Below are positions 47,536-59,700 of a stretch of 64,000 bases of DNA, in pieces. A program made the position numbers and the translations under genes. Each line of letters opens with the position of its first letter. Positions within the stretch are counted from its first letter, which is position 1. The notes beneath the pieces are model-generated. The model saw only the letters and a list, made by a program, of their open reading frames with translations, had not been told where the DNA came from and made no database searches. The stretch comes from Thraustochytrium aureum (Eukaryota), in the NCBI GenBank assembly GCA_012862495.1, contig BLSG01000216.1, forward strand, positions 230,067 through 294,066, given 5' to 3'.

Positions 47536-47880
47536 CTGTTGCTGCAGGTGCAGCTGCAATAGCTGATGATGGCGAAGCATAGAGTCGCTGTCGTTGTGCA
47601 CGTCGCTTGAGCCGAGCCCAGCGTGCGCCGCGGGGAACCCGAAGAGCTGCTGCTGCTGCTGCTGCTGCTGCGCCAATGCGTTTTGTTGGCGTTGCTGATT
47701 CAAGCCGCCGTTGAGTTGAAACAACCCGGCAGCGTGCGCCAGATTGCTACGTTCTTGTTGTTGCTGCAACATCATGTTCTGTTGCGTTTGATGCCCGAGT
47801 TCCTCTTGCTGAGACTGGGCTTGCTGTTGCGCGGCGGAGAACCGAGCGTCCTGGTCCAAGCCACGAAAGTATGGGTTCAT
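46277..47880 (-). CDS. AP2/ERF-domain transcription factor with polyQ N-terminus (frame break in G/C run near 46668; corrected stop at 46277)
   Basis: AP2 domain SKYRGVSWHRRDKSWTARIW...HLGTFPTELRAALAVDIKAIEYFG...LNFP and Q-rich tracts. Adding one base extends an acidic/Ser-rich tail to TAG at 46277. Confidence 0.9.
47497..47670. repeat. CAG/CTG trinucleotide tracts encoding polyQ
   Basis: (ctg)n runs at ~47497-47545 and ~47647-47670. Confidence 0.9.
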
Positions 47881-48637
47881 GGCGGCCAAGAATCCTCGAC
47901 TCGGCTTGCGCGGCCGCTGGCGCCCAGCGTTTCAGGGTTTGACCTCGCAGGGCCCGTCTGGGATCCGTTGCGCCAGCTGTGCGACGACCAGGCCTGACGC
48001 GGATCGGCCTTCCGCGCGCTTGCTTCGCGCGAGAGCGGTGTGGTTTGCTCGCGTTTGGTGGGAGTCTCGCTGCAGCCCGCGACCACGCTGCAGCGAGCTC
48101 GCCGGGGCGCGCGAATCGACCTGACGGATCACAGATCACAGATCACGTCGGCCGGAGCGGCGCGTCCGATTCCGCCCGGGGACAAGCTCTGCGGCGTCTT
48201 GCTGGGCGGCCGGCGTCGGAAGGCTCGCGGCTCGGGACGCGGTCTCCAGCGCAGTCTGGGCAGCTCCTCGCGCGCGGCAGCGTCCTGCTCGTCGCGCTTT
48301 CGGCAGCGCAGTTGCCGCTGCTTGTGCGAGCCTCTGCCTCTGCGGCGGAGACCTCACTGCCATCGATCGCTGCAGGTTGCTCCACGTCCTTGCGCCCGCG
48401 CTCTTCTTCTCCGTCAGGGACGGCTAAATCGCTCAGAGTCGGCCTCCTCCTCATGGCCTCGTCCAAACTGCCATCCGCCGCCTCTCAAGCCCTCCAGACC
48501 CTCCAAGAGGCGCGGGCGTTACAGCGAGTACGAGCTCTTGCTAACTCCCCAGCGCCACAAGAGGTCCGAGGCCTTGCTTCAAGTTGCACGTTCGGCCTTC
48601 AAGACCGCTGCCGGCCGCCGCGAGAGACGGCCGGCCG

Positions 48638-48638
48638 G

Positions 48639-48674
<36 letters not shown>

Positions 48675-48675
48675 C
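48638..48675. repeat. (GCCT)n tetranucleotide microsatellite
   Basis: About 9 copies; similar tracts at ~2303-2340, ~43075-43105 and ~53563-53605. Confidence 0.9.
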
Positions 48676-50821
48676 CGCCAGTGCCAGCCAGCCAGCCTGC
48701 CTCGGGCGGCTCCGGTGTTTGTTTGCCCTTGCTTGCTCGCTTGCGTGCCCGATGCGCGGCCAGGCCGTCCGTGATCAGCCGACCATCGATTCGTGGATGC
48801 AGCCGCCGTCCATCCGTCTATCCGTCCCGTCGACCTGTTTGGCGCCGTCGACAGGGGAGCAGGAAGCCTGTGACACGCACGGTACTGGCCGGCCTGCGTG
48901 GACACTGCCCTGCGCTGGTACTTCCTCCTTGCCGATGGAGCGCGGCCTTCTCTTATTTTGCCCGTCGCGGTGGTTCGCGCGCGAAATGCACAGTACGCTG
49001 TGAGCAAGTGCGAGTCTGGAGGGACAGGAGTGCCCAACGGCGCGAGTTGGGCTGGGGTGAAGGGCTCTTGCCTTGTGCACAGGCTGCAAGTGGGCAATCT
49101 TGACGCCCAACGCCTCAAGAGCAGCGCCAGAGGAGGGCGGTCACGGTGTCGCCAAAACTCGAGGCTGCGGTCTCGAGATGTTGCGCCCTGGCAAGTACAA
49201 GTACCTACTGAGGCAGGCTGCTGTGTGAGGAGGGTATCTCGGCGCCAACGGTTGGCATCGCGCATCAATCGCGTGAAAGCAGCTCGTTCAAGATTTCGGC
49301 CTGGAGAAGACCGGTTTTTTGCAGGCGCTGCCCAGGAAGAAGGGGAACTGGTACACTCGCGTGTCCGATCGGTGGCAGTTGCATTTCAACAACAACAAGT
49401 TGCAAAGAGGAAAAAACCAATCGCAGACCGCTGCCAGCGCCGCCGGCACACGATAACGAAGCCGGAGCAGAGCGGCCGCGGTCGGTCAAGCAGAAATGGC
49501 GCTTGACCCTCCTTGATTCTTCCACGCCCAAGAAATCAAAGCTTGGCGGCGGATGGTCTCTCCAGTTGACAGAATAAAACTTGCAGCCTCACCAACTTGA
49601 AGGAGCAAAAGAACGTTTGTGCTCCTCACGTGCAAGAGCGAGCAGGTTGGTTTTGTTCCGAGGCTGCTGTATAACGGCTGGTTCAACGGCGCGAACGGTC
49701 CGTGGGCCCTGAGCAACACGACATTTGGTTTTGGCACTACGCTGCTCTACCAGGTACTGCACTATGCAAGTGCGAGAACTCGAGCTTCAAGCTGCCCTTG
49801 CCGCGCCGAAACACGGACTGAGGGAGCCAAAACGCATCCACATGCAGCAGCCCCAAACAACCCCAAAGCAGTTCGGCAGGACGACGTACCACTGGCACTC
49901 GATGGGTCAGCCGGCTCTGCTCGGATCCGCCTGCCGAGCGGCCTGCTCTTGCAAGAGTTGGTCCGATTTGGCTTATGAGGGATTCCCGGCGCGAAGTGAA
50001 ACAGCCCGCGCCTGCGTCTCAAATCCATTAGACACTCAAGCCAAGTCGGGCCCGCCTTCAAGTTGCTCGCGCGCTCCACTCCTTGGTTGCCCGAGCGCTT
50101 CGGTACCAGCACCGACTGGCGACTCGAAGTTAGCGAACTTTGAAAGGCACCTCCACGTCACGGTGGTTGAGTACATGCATGCACCATCAGCAACGCGTGG
50201 CTGGCGACCAGCGGCGAGCGACGAACGACGGGGCTTTGTACCTCTACTAGATCCTCCTTGCTCCTCGCGATCGCTTCGGAAACTTTGAAGCGCAGTCGGC
50301 GAACGAAGTAAAGCCTCACCACCACTGTGGTGGCTGGTTAGTCGTCAGTGGCACACAGGGCGAGGCCGCCATCAGCAAGTTCTGGTAGGATCGACCCGTC
50401 AGGGCCTGCTGTGAGCCAGCCCTCCACGCGATGTCATCAGTGTCCCCTTCCACGCTGCACGAGGGGGCGCAACACCGACCGACTGTTGTGGTATTCTGCT
50501 TTCTACCCATAGTGAGTACTTAGATCGGAATCGGAGCACGGCGGTAGGTTACCGCGACGGAGGTTTGCAGGGCTCCGGTTTCCGCCGGTTATAGCCCATC
50601 GGCTTAGCCAGGTGACTAGCATCGCCGCCCTCAGGGCCTCCAGCCAAACTCGCAGTGTGCGCGCGTTCCCTTCATGCGCCAGGTGCGCACGGGTTTCCCT
50701 GCATTGGCCCTGCGGGAGAAGCGGTGGTGGTCGAGGCGGCGGCCGGCGACAGGCCCGCCCGCTTGCGCGCTCGGCCGCAGTGAGCCGCCAGCCTCGCGAG
50801 CGACTTCGCGCGCGCACCGCG

Positions 50822-53068
50822 ATGGCGCTACGCGGCGCGATGCTCTGGCGCGTAAGCCGCGCACGACTCGGGCAAGCCTTCGGGCCAGCCGCCTCGCCGT
50901 CGTGGGCGGGCAAGGCGCGGACCGCCGAGACCGCTTGGTTTGGCAAGGCTGCGGCTGCGGCTGCGGCGACGGCGGCCCGCGAGATGTCGACAGCGCCGCA
51001 GAGCGTCAAGGTCGCCAAGGTGCCCCATCAAGTGAAGGAGTCCGAGAGGCAGAAGCGGCGGCAGCGCGTCCAGAGGAGGTCGCTCGTGAAAAACAACTCT
51101 TTCAACCTTGGCAAAGTGCGCGTGGCCATTGCGGGCCGCCCCAACGTGGGCAAGTCTACGCTTTTCAACAGGCTTGTTCGGCGCCAGGACGCCATCGTGA
51201 GCGCCATCCCAGGGACCACTCGCGACAGAAAGGAAGGCGACGGCTTCCTCGGAGATCTGCAGTTCAGGCTGATTGACACCGGCGGGTTCGAGATCCTCGA
51301 GCGCGGCTCCCTGTCTCCCACCGAACTACTGGCCCCAGAGCACGGAGAAGAGCTCGTGTACTCCATGCACCAACAAACTCGCGCCGCAATCAATGACGCC
51401 GACCTCGTGATGCTGGTGGTCGACGCGCGGAGCGGCATCACCGAGGACGATGTCTCGCTCGCCAAATGGATCCGCAAGAACCGGACCAAGACGCAATTTA
51501 CCAAAGNNNNNNNNNNNNNNNNNNNNNNNNNNNNNNNNNNNNNNNNNNNNNNNNNNNNNNNNNNNNNNNNNNNNNNNNNNNNNNNNNNNNNNNNNNNNNN
51601 NNNNNNNNNNNNNNNNNNNNNNNNNNNNNNNNNNNNNNNNNNNNNNNNNNNNNNNNNNNNNNNNNNNNNNNNNNNNCGGTCTGGTCCTCGTCGCAAACAA
51701 AGCCGAGGGTCTTGGTGAGGCGTTTTCTGAAACTGCGCCCGACGTCTCGTGGCAGGCCTTCCTCAACGAGTGCTATCGCATTGGGTTCGGCGAGCCCATT
51801 CCCGTCTCCGCCTCGCACAACCAAGGCATCGGCGACATTCACAACGCGATGCTCCCCTACGCAATGCTGCGCGGCGTCGAGCCCTGGCCCATGTACACGA
51901 AGGAGGCCATTGCGGCAGAGCGAGCTTCGTTCCAGGCGCTCCACTCCGTTGACGGCCAGTTCACCGCGAGCGACGACGCCGCAGAAGCGCTCGAGCCAGG
52001 GGGCGGAGGGAGGTCTCGCGCGCCACCCAGAGGGGCCACGGCATTACCCTATCGCTCGTGGGGCGCCCGAACGTCGGCAAATCCACCATGGTGAATGCGC
52101 TCCTCGGCGAAGAGCGCTGCATCGCCGGCCCGGTCCCGGGTCTTACGCGTGATGCGATCCAAATCGATTGGGAGTTTCAGGGTCGCCCTATCCGCCTCGT
52201 CGACACGGCGGGCATTCGGCGCCGCACCAAACTCTTTGGAGGGATCAGCAGCGCCATGGCGAGCGCAGAGCGAGCCAACAAAAGCAAGGTGTCCACGGCC
52301 CAAGCGCGCCGCGACGACGCCGCGCTCGAAGACATTTCGATCCAGAATTCGCTCCGTGCCCTGGACCGCTCGCAGGTCGTGCTCGTAGTGGTCGACATTA
52401 TGGCCCAGAACGACGACCCAGACGCCTCTGGCCCGCTCACGCGCCACGACCTCTCGATTATCTCTCGGGTGTTGGACGAGGGCCGCGCCGTGGTCGTTGT
52501 GGCCAACAAGTGCGACCTGGCTGATGACGACTGGCTCGACTTGCACTCGAACAGCCTCATCGAGTACACGAGGCACCACATTGAAGAGGTGATTCCAATG
52601 GCGCGCGGCATCCCCATCGTACCCATCTCGGCAAAGACCAAGCAGGGCCTCGAGAATGTCATGCCGACAGTGGTCGACACGTTCGAGCGATGGTGCACCC
52701 GCCTGACAACTTCGCGCATCAATCGCTGGCTCCAGGACGCGCAAGTCAAGCACCCGCCCCCGTCGACGCGCGCGGTCACCTTTCGCGATTCTAGAGTGCG
52801 TTCGGGCCCGCTGCGCATCACCTACGCGACGCAGCCGAGCGCGCGCCCGCCCACGTTCGTCTTCTTTGTCAATCGCTATTTGCCCAAGCAGTCGGTCATC
52901 CCTGACGACTACCAGCGCTACCTGGTGCACAGCCTTCGCGACGCGTTCAGCCTGCACGGCATTCCTGTGCGCATCTCTGTGCGCGGCCGCAAGCCGCGCA
53001 AAAAGCCTGACAATGCGCGTGTCCGCGGAAGCTTTCGGCCGGAGCGCACCAGAATGGACGACGCCTGA
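50822..53068 (+). CDS. der: Organellar (probably mitochondrial) ribosome-biogenesis GTPase Der/EngA (gap 51507-51676; frame break ~51997)
   Basis: Two tandem G domains (GRPNVGKSTLFNRL/GTTRD/DTGG/NKAE and GRPNVGKST/GLTRD/DTAG/NKCD), a KH-like tail (ITYATQPSARPPTFVFF..YQRYL..LRDAF), and an Arg/Ala-rich transit-like N-terminus. Confidence 0.93.
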
Positions 53069-54049
53069 CGAGAGTCTGCCATGTCGCCGTTCCGAGAAAG
53101 CCCTGTCCGTACGTCCGTACTCGCATCGAACTTGAAAGAGTAAACGACCAAGTGTACACACCTCTTCCGATAGCTCCACGCGTCGCTCCCGGGCTGTCTG
53201 CCAGCGTCACGGCCGCACGAACCTCAGCGACCGGGCAGTGGCGCGACGTGTCCCGAGCCTTGCTCATTCACTCGCTCAACGCCGCAAGCAGCAGCGCGCG
53301 CGTCACAAATCACGCCCAGCTGCATCGCACGGCCGTCCTGCAATTGATATCCCTTCCATCCGCCTTGGGGACCCGAGAGCCTGTGCCGCCCGCCGTCAAT
53401 TCCGCGACATCGACCCGAGGATTGATTGTAAAGAAACAGACAAATCACGCTGAGGAACAAGCGACCATTCGTGGCGAAGAGATAGGCGGCCGCTTTTCAC
53501 TTCGTCTGCAGGCAGCCAGGCAGACGCCAAACGAAGGCAGCCAGGCGGAGCTCGCTCGGCGTCCTGCCTGCCTGCCTGTTGCCTGCCTGCCTTCTGCCTG
53601 CCTTGGCCTGGCTCGCTCGTCCNNNNNNNNNNNNNNNNNNNNNNNNNNNNNNNNNNNNNNNNNNNNNNNNNNNNNNNNNNNNNNNNNNNNNNNNNNNNNN
53701 NNNNNNNNNNNNNNNNNNNNNNNNNNNNNNNNNNNNNNNNNNNNNNNNNNNNNNNNNNNNNNNNNNNNNNNNNNNNNNNNNNNNNNNNNNNNNNNNNNNN
53801 NNNNNNNNNNNNNNNNNNNNNNNNNNNNNNNNNNNNNNTGGCGCGGGCTCGGGTCGCGCCGGCCTGCCGCTCGCTTCGCTGCTGGCCTGCGCCGGGGGGC
53901 GTAGGTACTGGGCGGGGCGGAGGGCGCTCGGGCCTGCGGAGAGGGAGGGGCCGACCTAGCGGGCTTGCGGCGTTCAACCGACCCTCTCCTCGCAAGAGCC
54001 GAGACCAACAGGCTGCACGCCGCTGGGCGGGAGCGTTGCGACTGGCGCC

Positions 54050-55851
54050 ATGGAGACTGGCCTGAGCTCGAGCGAGGGCGGCGAGCAGGTCGCGAAAGCT
54101 AAACCGCCGATTGATCTGCAAGCAAGCCTAAGGCCTGCGCGCGGCGGCAACGGAAGCTACGGCGAAGGGGTGCACAATCGCAACCTGTTCAGCGGGGCCG
54201 ACCTGGACCGCGAGGACGAGCGAACGTCGCTCATCGAGCACGAGGCAGGGCTGTTGCAAGACAAACCAAGATTTTCGAGCCCCCAAGGGCAACTCGTTGC
54301 CGAAAAGGTCGCGACAAGTGCGCCCGGCGTCGTGGATAGCACGAGGTGGGACGCCATCGAAGGCGTCGACATTAAAGACCTGGAAACACCCACGGACGAG
54401 GAGCCAGAGCACGTACTGGTGTCTTCTTCCGCCTCTGCATGATTTGCGCCGCTCAAATTGGCATGTCGGCAATCTCGGTCACATACCTGTCGATCCTGAT
54501 GCCCCAGCAGGTCGTCAAGCTCGTTGGAGACGAAAGAAAGGGCAGCGTTCTTGGCGCTCTCTCCGCGGGAGGGGGCGTCCTGGCAATTTGTGCGCCTCCC
54601 CTCATTGGGTTCCTCTCAGACAGGCATCGAGGGAAGTGGGGCCGCCGCAAGCCGTACATGGTCGCTGGCATGGCAGTCACCATTCTCGGGCTCGCTCTCG
54701 GGGGGGCGCTTGCAGCAGACCCCACAGTCGGCAAGTTGGTCGGGGTTTACTTGGCGGTGACTGCTGGCATGCTCCTGCACTGCACGGCCTTCAACGCGAC
54801 CATCCCCGAGTTCCCCAAGCGCCAGTTCGGCACGGTTAGCGGCGTCGTTGGGGCACTCACGGTAGTTGGGTTTGGCGTCGGTGCGGGCCTCGGCGCAGCC
54901 ACCGCCTCGCTGGGGGCCGCTCCCTGTTACTACATTCTGGCGGGGCTAGTGTTTGTGACTGGTTCAATCACTCTCTGCGCCTACCGCGAGGCAAAAGTGG
55001 ACGAGTACACCAATCTCGCGCTTGATAGCGACTCGGAGGCCTCCGAGGAGGCCCTGCCAGCCAAAGAACCTGGCCCCGCGTTTGCCACCAAAGCGCACGA
55101 TGACGTGCGTCAAGACGATGGCCCTGAGACGGTCTCGCTTGACGGGCTCGACGACGAGTTGGGCGCCACCAAGTCCGGCAAGCACTCCACGCACTTTTTT
55201 AGTGACGCCATCCTGGGCATGTGGACGCCATTCGCCGACCACGACTTTCGCTGGGTATTTGTGACACGCATGTTGGTGCAGTTTGGCGTGTTTACCGTCC
55301 AAGAGTTCGTCCTCTACTGGGTAGAAGCAGTGCTGCCTGTCGAGGGCCTGAGCGCGGCAACGGGCGCAGCCATTCTCTTCATCCCCGTTTTTGCGGGGGC
55401 CTTTGTGGCGTCGCTGGCGATCGGCAAAATCTCCGACGACCTTGGTGGCAAGCGCAAGAGCTTCTTGATCTCTTCCAGCTTCGTTTTGGCAGCCGTTTGC
55501 TTCGTCACGGGGTTTGTGCGCAACTATTACGTCGCGCTGGCGCTAATGCTGATATTCGGCTGCTCCATGGGCTCGTTCATGGCTCTCGACTATGCGCTCA
55601 TTTGCGACATCCTGCCGGACCACCGCAACGTGGCTCGCGACTTGGGCGTTTGGCACGTCAGCATTGTGCTTCCGCAGCTCGTTGCGGCCCCCATCGCGGG
55701 CGCCATGCTGGACGGTCTGCAACGCCTCGGCAAAGAGAATGGCATGCCGTTTCTGGGCTACACGATGATATTTGTGCTGTCAGCGCTCTACTTTTGCACT
55801 GCGGGCGGCTGCTTTTTCCTTCTCAAAAAATGTAAAATAGACGCATTCTGA
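54050..55851 (+). CDS. MFS transporter (12 TM; GPH/sugar-type motif A) with hydrophilic N-terminal extension (frame break ~54410-54420)
   Basis: GFLSDRHRGKWGRRKPY, DFRWVFVTRML, GKISDDLGGKRK and ARDLGVW..LPQLVA. Upstream ORF 54050-54442 abuts it in the adjacent frame. Confidence 0.88.
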
Positions 55852-56066
55852 AGTCGATGGTGGTCTACACTACATTGTGTTGTTGCCTGCCTCTGCCATG
55901 AACAGTGCGCGGCTTTTGAAAGGAGCGAGAAGCGCAAGCTTTTCGCAGCGTTCCAAGCCAGGGCCAAGGGCGGCCAAACGTGCCTTCTCCTTCCATGAAC
56001 AACATCGCAGAGACACAGAGGGCCCAGCCCGACCACAGCAGCGTCGACCAACCTCGCTTCGCAGCG

Positions 56067-56759
56067 TCAGCGATATAAAATGTCGTAGTGCGAAGGCCTG
56101 TACAAGAGTGCAATAGTCGCGCCAGCCCCGCCACTTGAAGGCCCAAAGTCGTGGGTCACGGAAGCGTCGCCCTGGCTCGAGTCCAGGTACTCTACACTGA
56201 CTCGGACGCCAAGATACTCGCACAGTGCGATGATCTGCAGCTGCTCGCTCTCCTTGCCCATGGGCTCGACCTCCTTTGCGCAAAACTCCTCGACAGTGCT
56301 GTACGTCCCTGCGAGAAATGGCAAGAACCGCTCTGCGTTGTGTTTGAGGTATCCGGCGCAAACCAGGCGCGAGAACCACACCAAGTAGTCGGACTCGCCC
56401 TCGTCCCCGAAAAGCGCTTCAAGATCAGCCAAGGACTTGGCGCCCAGCTCCGCGAGCGTCTCCTCCGCGTACTCTGTGAACGTCTCAATAGAGACCGCCT
56501 CGTATCCCACCTGCTCCAAGTACGCCAGCGCGCCTTTGACGACCCCCAGCAGGCGTTCGCGCTCCGCCTCGTCCTCGAGCAGTATCTCCAGCAGCCTGAA
56601 CGTAAACCCGCGAAAGAAGCAGTTGCCATCGCCGCGCACCCTCCTCAGCCCACTGTACTTGTCCGCCATCGCCGCCACCTTGCATGCAAACGCTGGCGTG
56701 GCGGCCAGCTCGACCTGCAGCGACTCGAGGCCAGCAAGCCGCGGCCCGACAAGCGGCCT
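56067..56759 (-). CDS. OTUB1: Otubain-family deubiquitinase (peptidase C65); 5' end in gap
   Basis: Catalytic RRVRGDGNCFFRGF, FCAKEVEPMGKESEQLQIIAL, VEYLD and LLYRPSHYDILY. Confidence 0.93.
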   Translation of the reverse strand, partial: RPLVGPRLAGLESLQVELAATPAFACKVAAMADKYSGLRRVRGDGNCFFRGFTFRLLEILLEDEAERERLLGVVKGALAYLEQVGYEAVSIETFTEYAEETLAELGAKSLADLEALFGDEGESDYLVWFSRLVCAGYLKHNAERFLPFLAGTYSTVEEFCAKEVEPMGKESEQLQIIALCEYLGVRVSVEYLDSSQGDASVTHDFGPSSGGAGATIALLYRPSHYDILYR

Positions 56760-57727
56760 NNNNNNNNNNNNNNNNNNNNNNNNNNNNNNNNNNNNNNNNN
56801 NNNNNNNNNNNNNNNNNNNNNNNNNNNNNNNNNNNNNNNNNNNNNNNNNNNNNNNNNNNNNNNNNNNNNNNNNNNNNNNNNNNNNNNNNNNNNNNNNNNN
56901 NNNNNNNNNNNNNNNNNNNNNNNNNNNNNNNNNNNNNNNNNNNNNNNNNNNNNNNNNNNNNNNNNNNNNNNNNNNNNNNNNNNNNNNNNNNNNNNNNNNN
57001 NNNNNNNNNNNNNNNNNNNNNNNNNNNNNNNNNNNNNNNNNNNNNNNNNNNNNNNNNNNNNNNNNNNNNNNNNNNNNNNNNNNNNNNNNNNNNNNNNNNN
57101 NNNNNNNNNNNNNNNNNNNNNNNNNNNNNNNNNNNNNNNNNNNNNNNNNNNNNNNNNNNNNNNNNNNNNNNNNNNNNNNNNNNNNNNNNNNNNNNNNNNN
57201 NNNNNNNNNNNNNNNNNNNNNNNNNNNNNNNNNNNNNNNNNNNNNNNNNNNNNNNNNNNNNNNNNNNNNNNNNNNNNNNNNNNNNNNNNNNNNNNNNNNN
57301 NNNNNNNNNNNNNNNNNNNNNNNNNNNNNNNNNNNNNNNNNNNNNNNNNNNNNNNNNNNNNNNNNNNNNNNNNNNNNNNNNNNNNNNNNNNNNNNNNNNN
57401 NNNNNNNNNNNNNNNNNNNNNNNNNNNNNNNNNNNNNNNNNNNNNNNNNNNNNNNNNNNNNNNNNNNNNNNNTAGCCGCACGCGATGCGTGAGGCAGGAT
57501 TGAGATCAAGATCCAGCGAGACTGCGCTTGGCCAAGCAAATACTTAGCTACTCACTACAAACATGCCATCGGCAGGTCGGCGGGCCTGCAGCTTGGATGT
57601 GCGGTGTCGAGGCGGAGCGTGGGCGCGCAGCCGCGAGGAGCTCGATCGCGACGTGTTCCCTCCGGTTGCGCTACGGTTGGAACTCGGGCCGCCTCCGAAA
57701 TAACGCGGGAACCGCAGCCCAAACAAG

Positions 57728-58402
57728 TTACAGCCGGGAATTCCCATTCGAGCCTTGACGAGCAGCCGCAAGAGCCTCGCAGCGGCACTTGAGTGCCGCG
57801 TGCTGCGCCTCAAAACCCGCAAGACTGGCTGTCGCAATTGGGCCCCGCACGAACGGCGACAGCGGGCCGCCGATCACGTCGTAGGAGTGGTACTCGGTCG
57901 TCCCCCCAGGCCCGGGCACGAGCCACTGCGAGCGCCACGACGGCGTGTCACGGCGCATCAGCCCGTAGCAAATCATGTGGCGCGCCTCGTCCACGTAGAA
58001 CACATATTCGAGCGACCTCATCAGGTACCCCGGAAACTTGACGAACAGCTCCAGCGCAACCTTGCCCTGTCCGTCCTCAACGACGTTGGCGCGCAGGTGG
58101 AACGGATTCCACTCGGGGTACTTGTCGAAGTCTGTGATGACAGCCCAGATGAGCTCTGGCGGAGCCGCGATCGTCACAGGCTTCGGCTTCAACAAGACAT
58201 CGGAGGCAAATTTCGCGGGCCACCACACGAGCTGCGGCGGGACCTGTATGTCAAAGCTGTTCTCGACCGCGCACGTGCTTCCCGCCGAGCACACCACCTC
58301 CCACCCCAATTGCAGTCCTCGCTCTTGCCCGGGAGCGAGCCACTCCTCGAGCGACTCCCCTTCATGTCGCACCTTGCGTCGGGTGGACGCCTCGCCGCCC
58401 AT
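57728..58402 (-). CDS. SRPBCC / polyketide-cyclase-like (START/Bet v1 fold) protein
   Basis: VTIAAPPELIWAVITDFDKYPEWNPF, and C-terminal helix AGFEAQHAALKCRCE. Confidence 0.85.
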   Translation of the reverse strand: MGGEASTRRKVRHEGESLEEWLAPGQERGLQLGWEVVCSAGSTCAVENSFDIQVPPQLVWWPAKFASDVLLKPKPVTIAAPPELIWAVITDFDKYPEWNPFHLRANVVEDGQGKVALELFVKFPGYLMRSLEYVFYVDEARHMICYGLMRRDTPSWRSQWLVPGPGGTTEYHSYDVIGGPLSPFVRGPIATASLAGFEAQHAALKCRCEALAAARQGSNGNSRL

Positions 58403-59700
58403 TCCCTCGCGCGTGGTCCCCGCCGGTGCACAGATTCCCCGGCCAGCCCCGCTCTCTCCGCGCCAGTCCGCGCCAGCCCAGCCCAGCCCCGCTTCCCGGC
58501 CAGCCTCGCCCCGTGCTGCGCTTCTTTCGCGGCGAGTTGTGCACCTGCGTCGCCACGACGCCGACCTCGATGTCGACCCACGGACGCCCTTGTCAGGGTC
58601 GGCTCACGCAGGCCGCGCTGTGCCAAGCCGCGCAGGGACGCGAGCCGCTGGCCAGGTCCTCAGGCGCGCGCACGTCAGCTCGCGCCGCGCAGCCTCCATC
58701 GAGCGAGGTCTGGTCGCGATGACNNNNNNNNNNNNNNNNNNNNNNNNNNNNNNNNNNNNNNNNNNNNNNNNNNNNNNNNNNNNNNNNNNNNNNNNNNNNN
58801 NNNNNNNNNNNNNNNNNNNNNNNNNNNNNNNNNNNNNNNNNNNNNNNNNNNNNNNNNNNNNNNNNNNNNNNNNNNNNNNNNNNNNNNNNNNNNNNNNNNN
58901 NNNNNNNNNNNNNNNNNNNNNNNNNNNNNNNNNNNNNNNNNNNNNNNNNNNNNNNNNNNNNNNNNNNNNNNNNNNNNNNNNNNNNNNNNNNNNNNNNNNN
59001 NNNNNNNNNNNNNNNNNNNNNNNNNNNNNNNNNNNNNNNNNNNNNNNNNNNNNNNNNNNNNNNNNNNNNNNNNNNNNNNNNNNNNNNNNNNNNNNNNNNN
59101 NNNNNNNNNNNNNNNNNNNNNNNNNNNNNNNNNNNNNNNNNNNNNNNNNNNNNNNNNNNNNNNNNNNNNNNNNNNNNNNNNNNNNNNNNNNNNNNNNNNN
59201 NNNNNNNNNNNNNNNNNNNNNNNNNNNNNNNNNNNNNNNNNNNNNNNNNNNNNNNNNNNNNNNNNNNNNNNNNNNNNNNNNNNNNNNNNNNNNNNNNNNN
59301 NNNNNNNNNNNNNNNNNNNNNNNNNNNNNNNNNNNNNNNNNNNNNNNNNNNNNNNNNNNNNNNNNNNNNNNNNNNNNNNNNNNNNNNNNNNNNNNNNNNN
59401 NNNNNNNNNNNNNNNNNNNNNNNNNNNNNNNNNNNNNNNNNNNNNNNNNNNNNNNNNNNNNNNNNNNNNNNNNNNNNNNNNNNNNNNNNNNNNNNNNNNN
59501 NNNNNNNNNNNNNNNNNNNNNNNNNNNNNNNNNNNNNNNNNNNNNNNNNNNNNNNNNNNNNNNNNNNNNNNNNNNNNNNNNNNNNNNNNNNNNNNNNNNN
59601 NNNNNNNNNNNNNNNNNNNNNNNNNNNNNNNNNNNNNNNNNNNNNNNNNNNNNNNNNNNNNNNNNNNNNNNNNNNNNNNNNNNNNNNNNCTAGAGCTAGC

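Noticed and set aside
50822..53068. Der/EngA, SRPBCC and MFS as bacterial contamination or a recent HGT island
   Set aside because: They have eukaryote-style N-terminal extensions, the same composition as their neighbours, are interleaved with eukaryotic genes, and show no operon structure.
52049..53179. Long antisense or alternative-frame ORFs overlapping real genes (also 987-2450, 21156-21935, 60438-61472 and others)
   Set aside because: These are shadow ORFs expected at high GC, with no motifs and Arg/Ala/Pro-rich composition.
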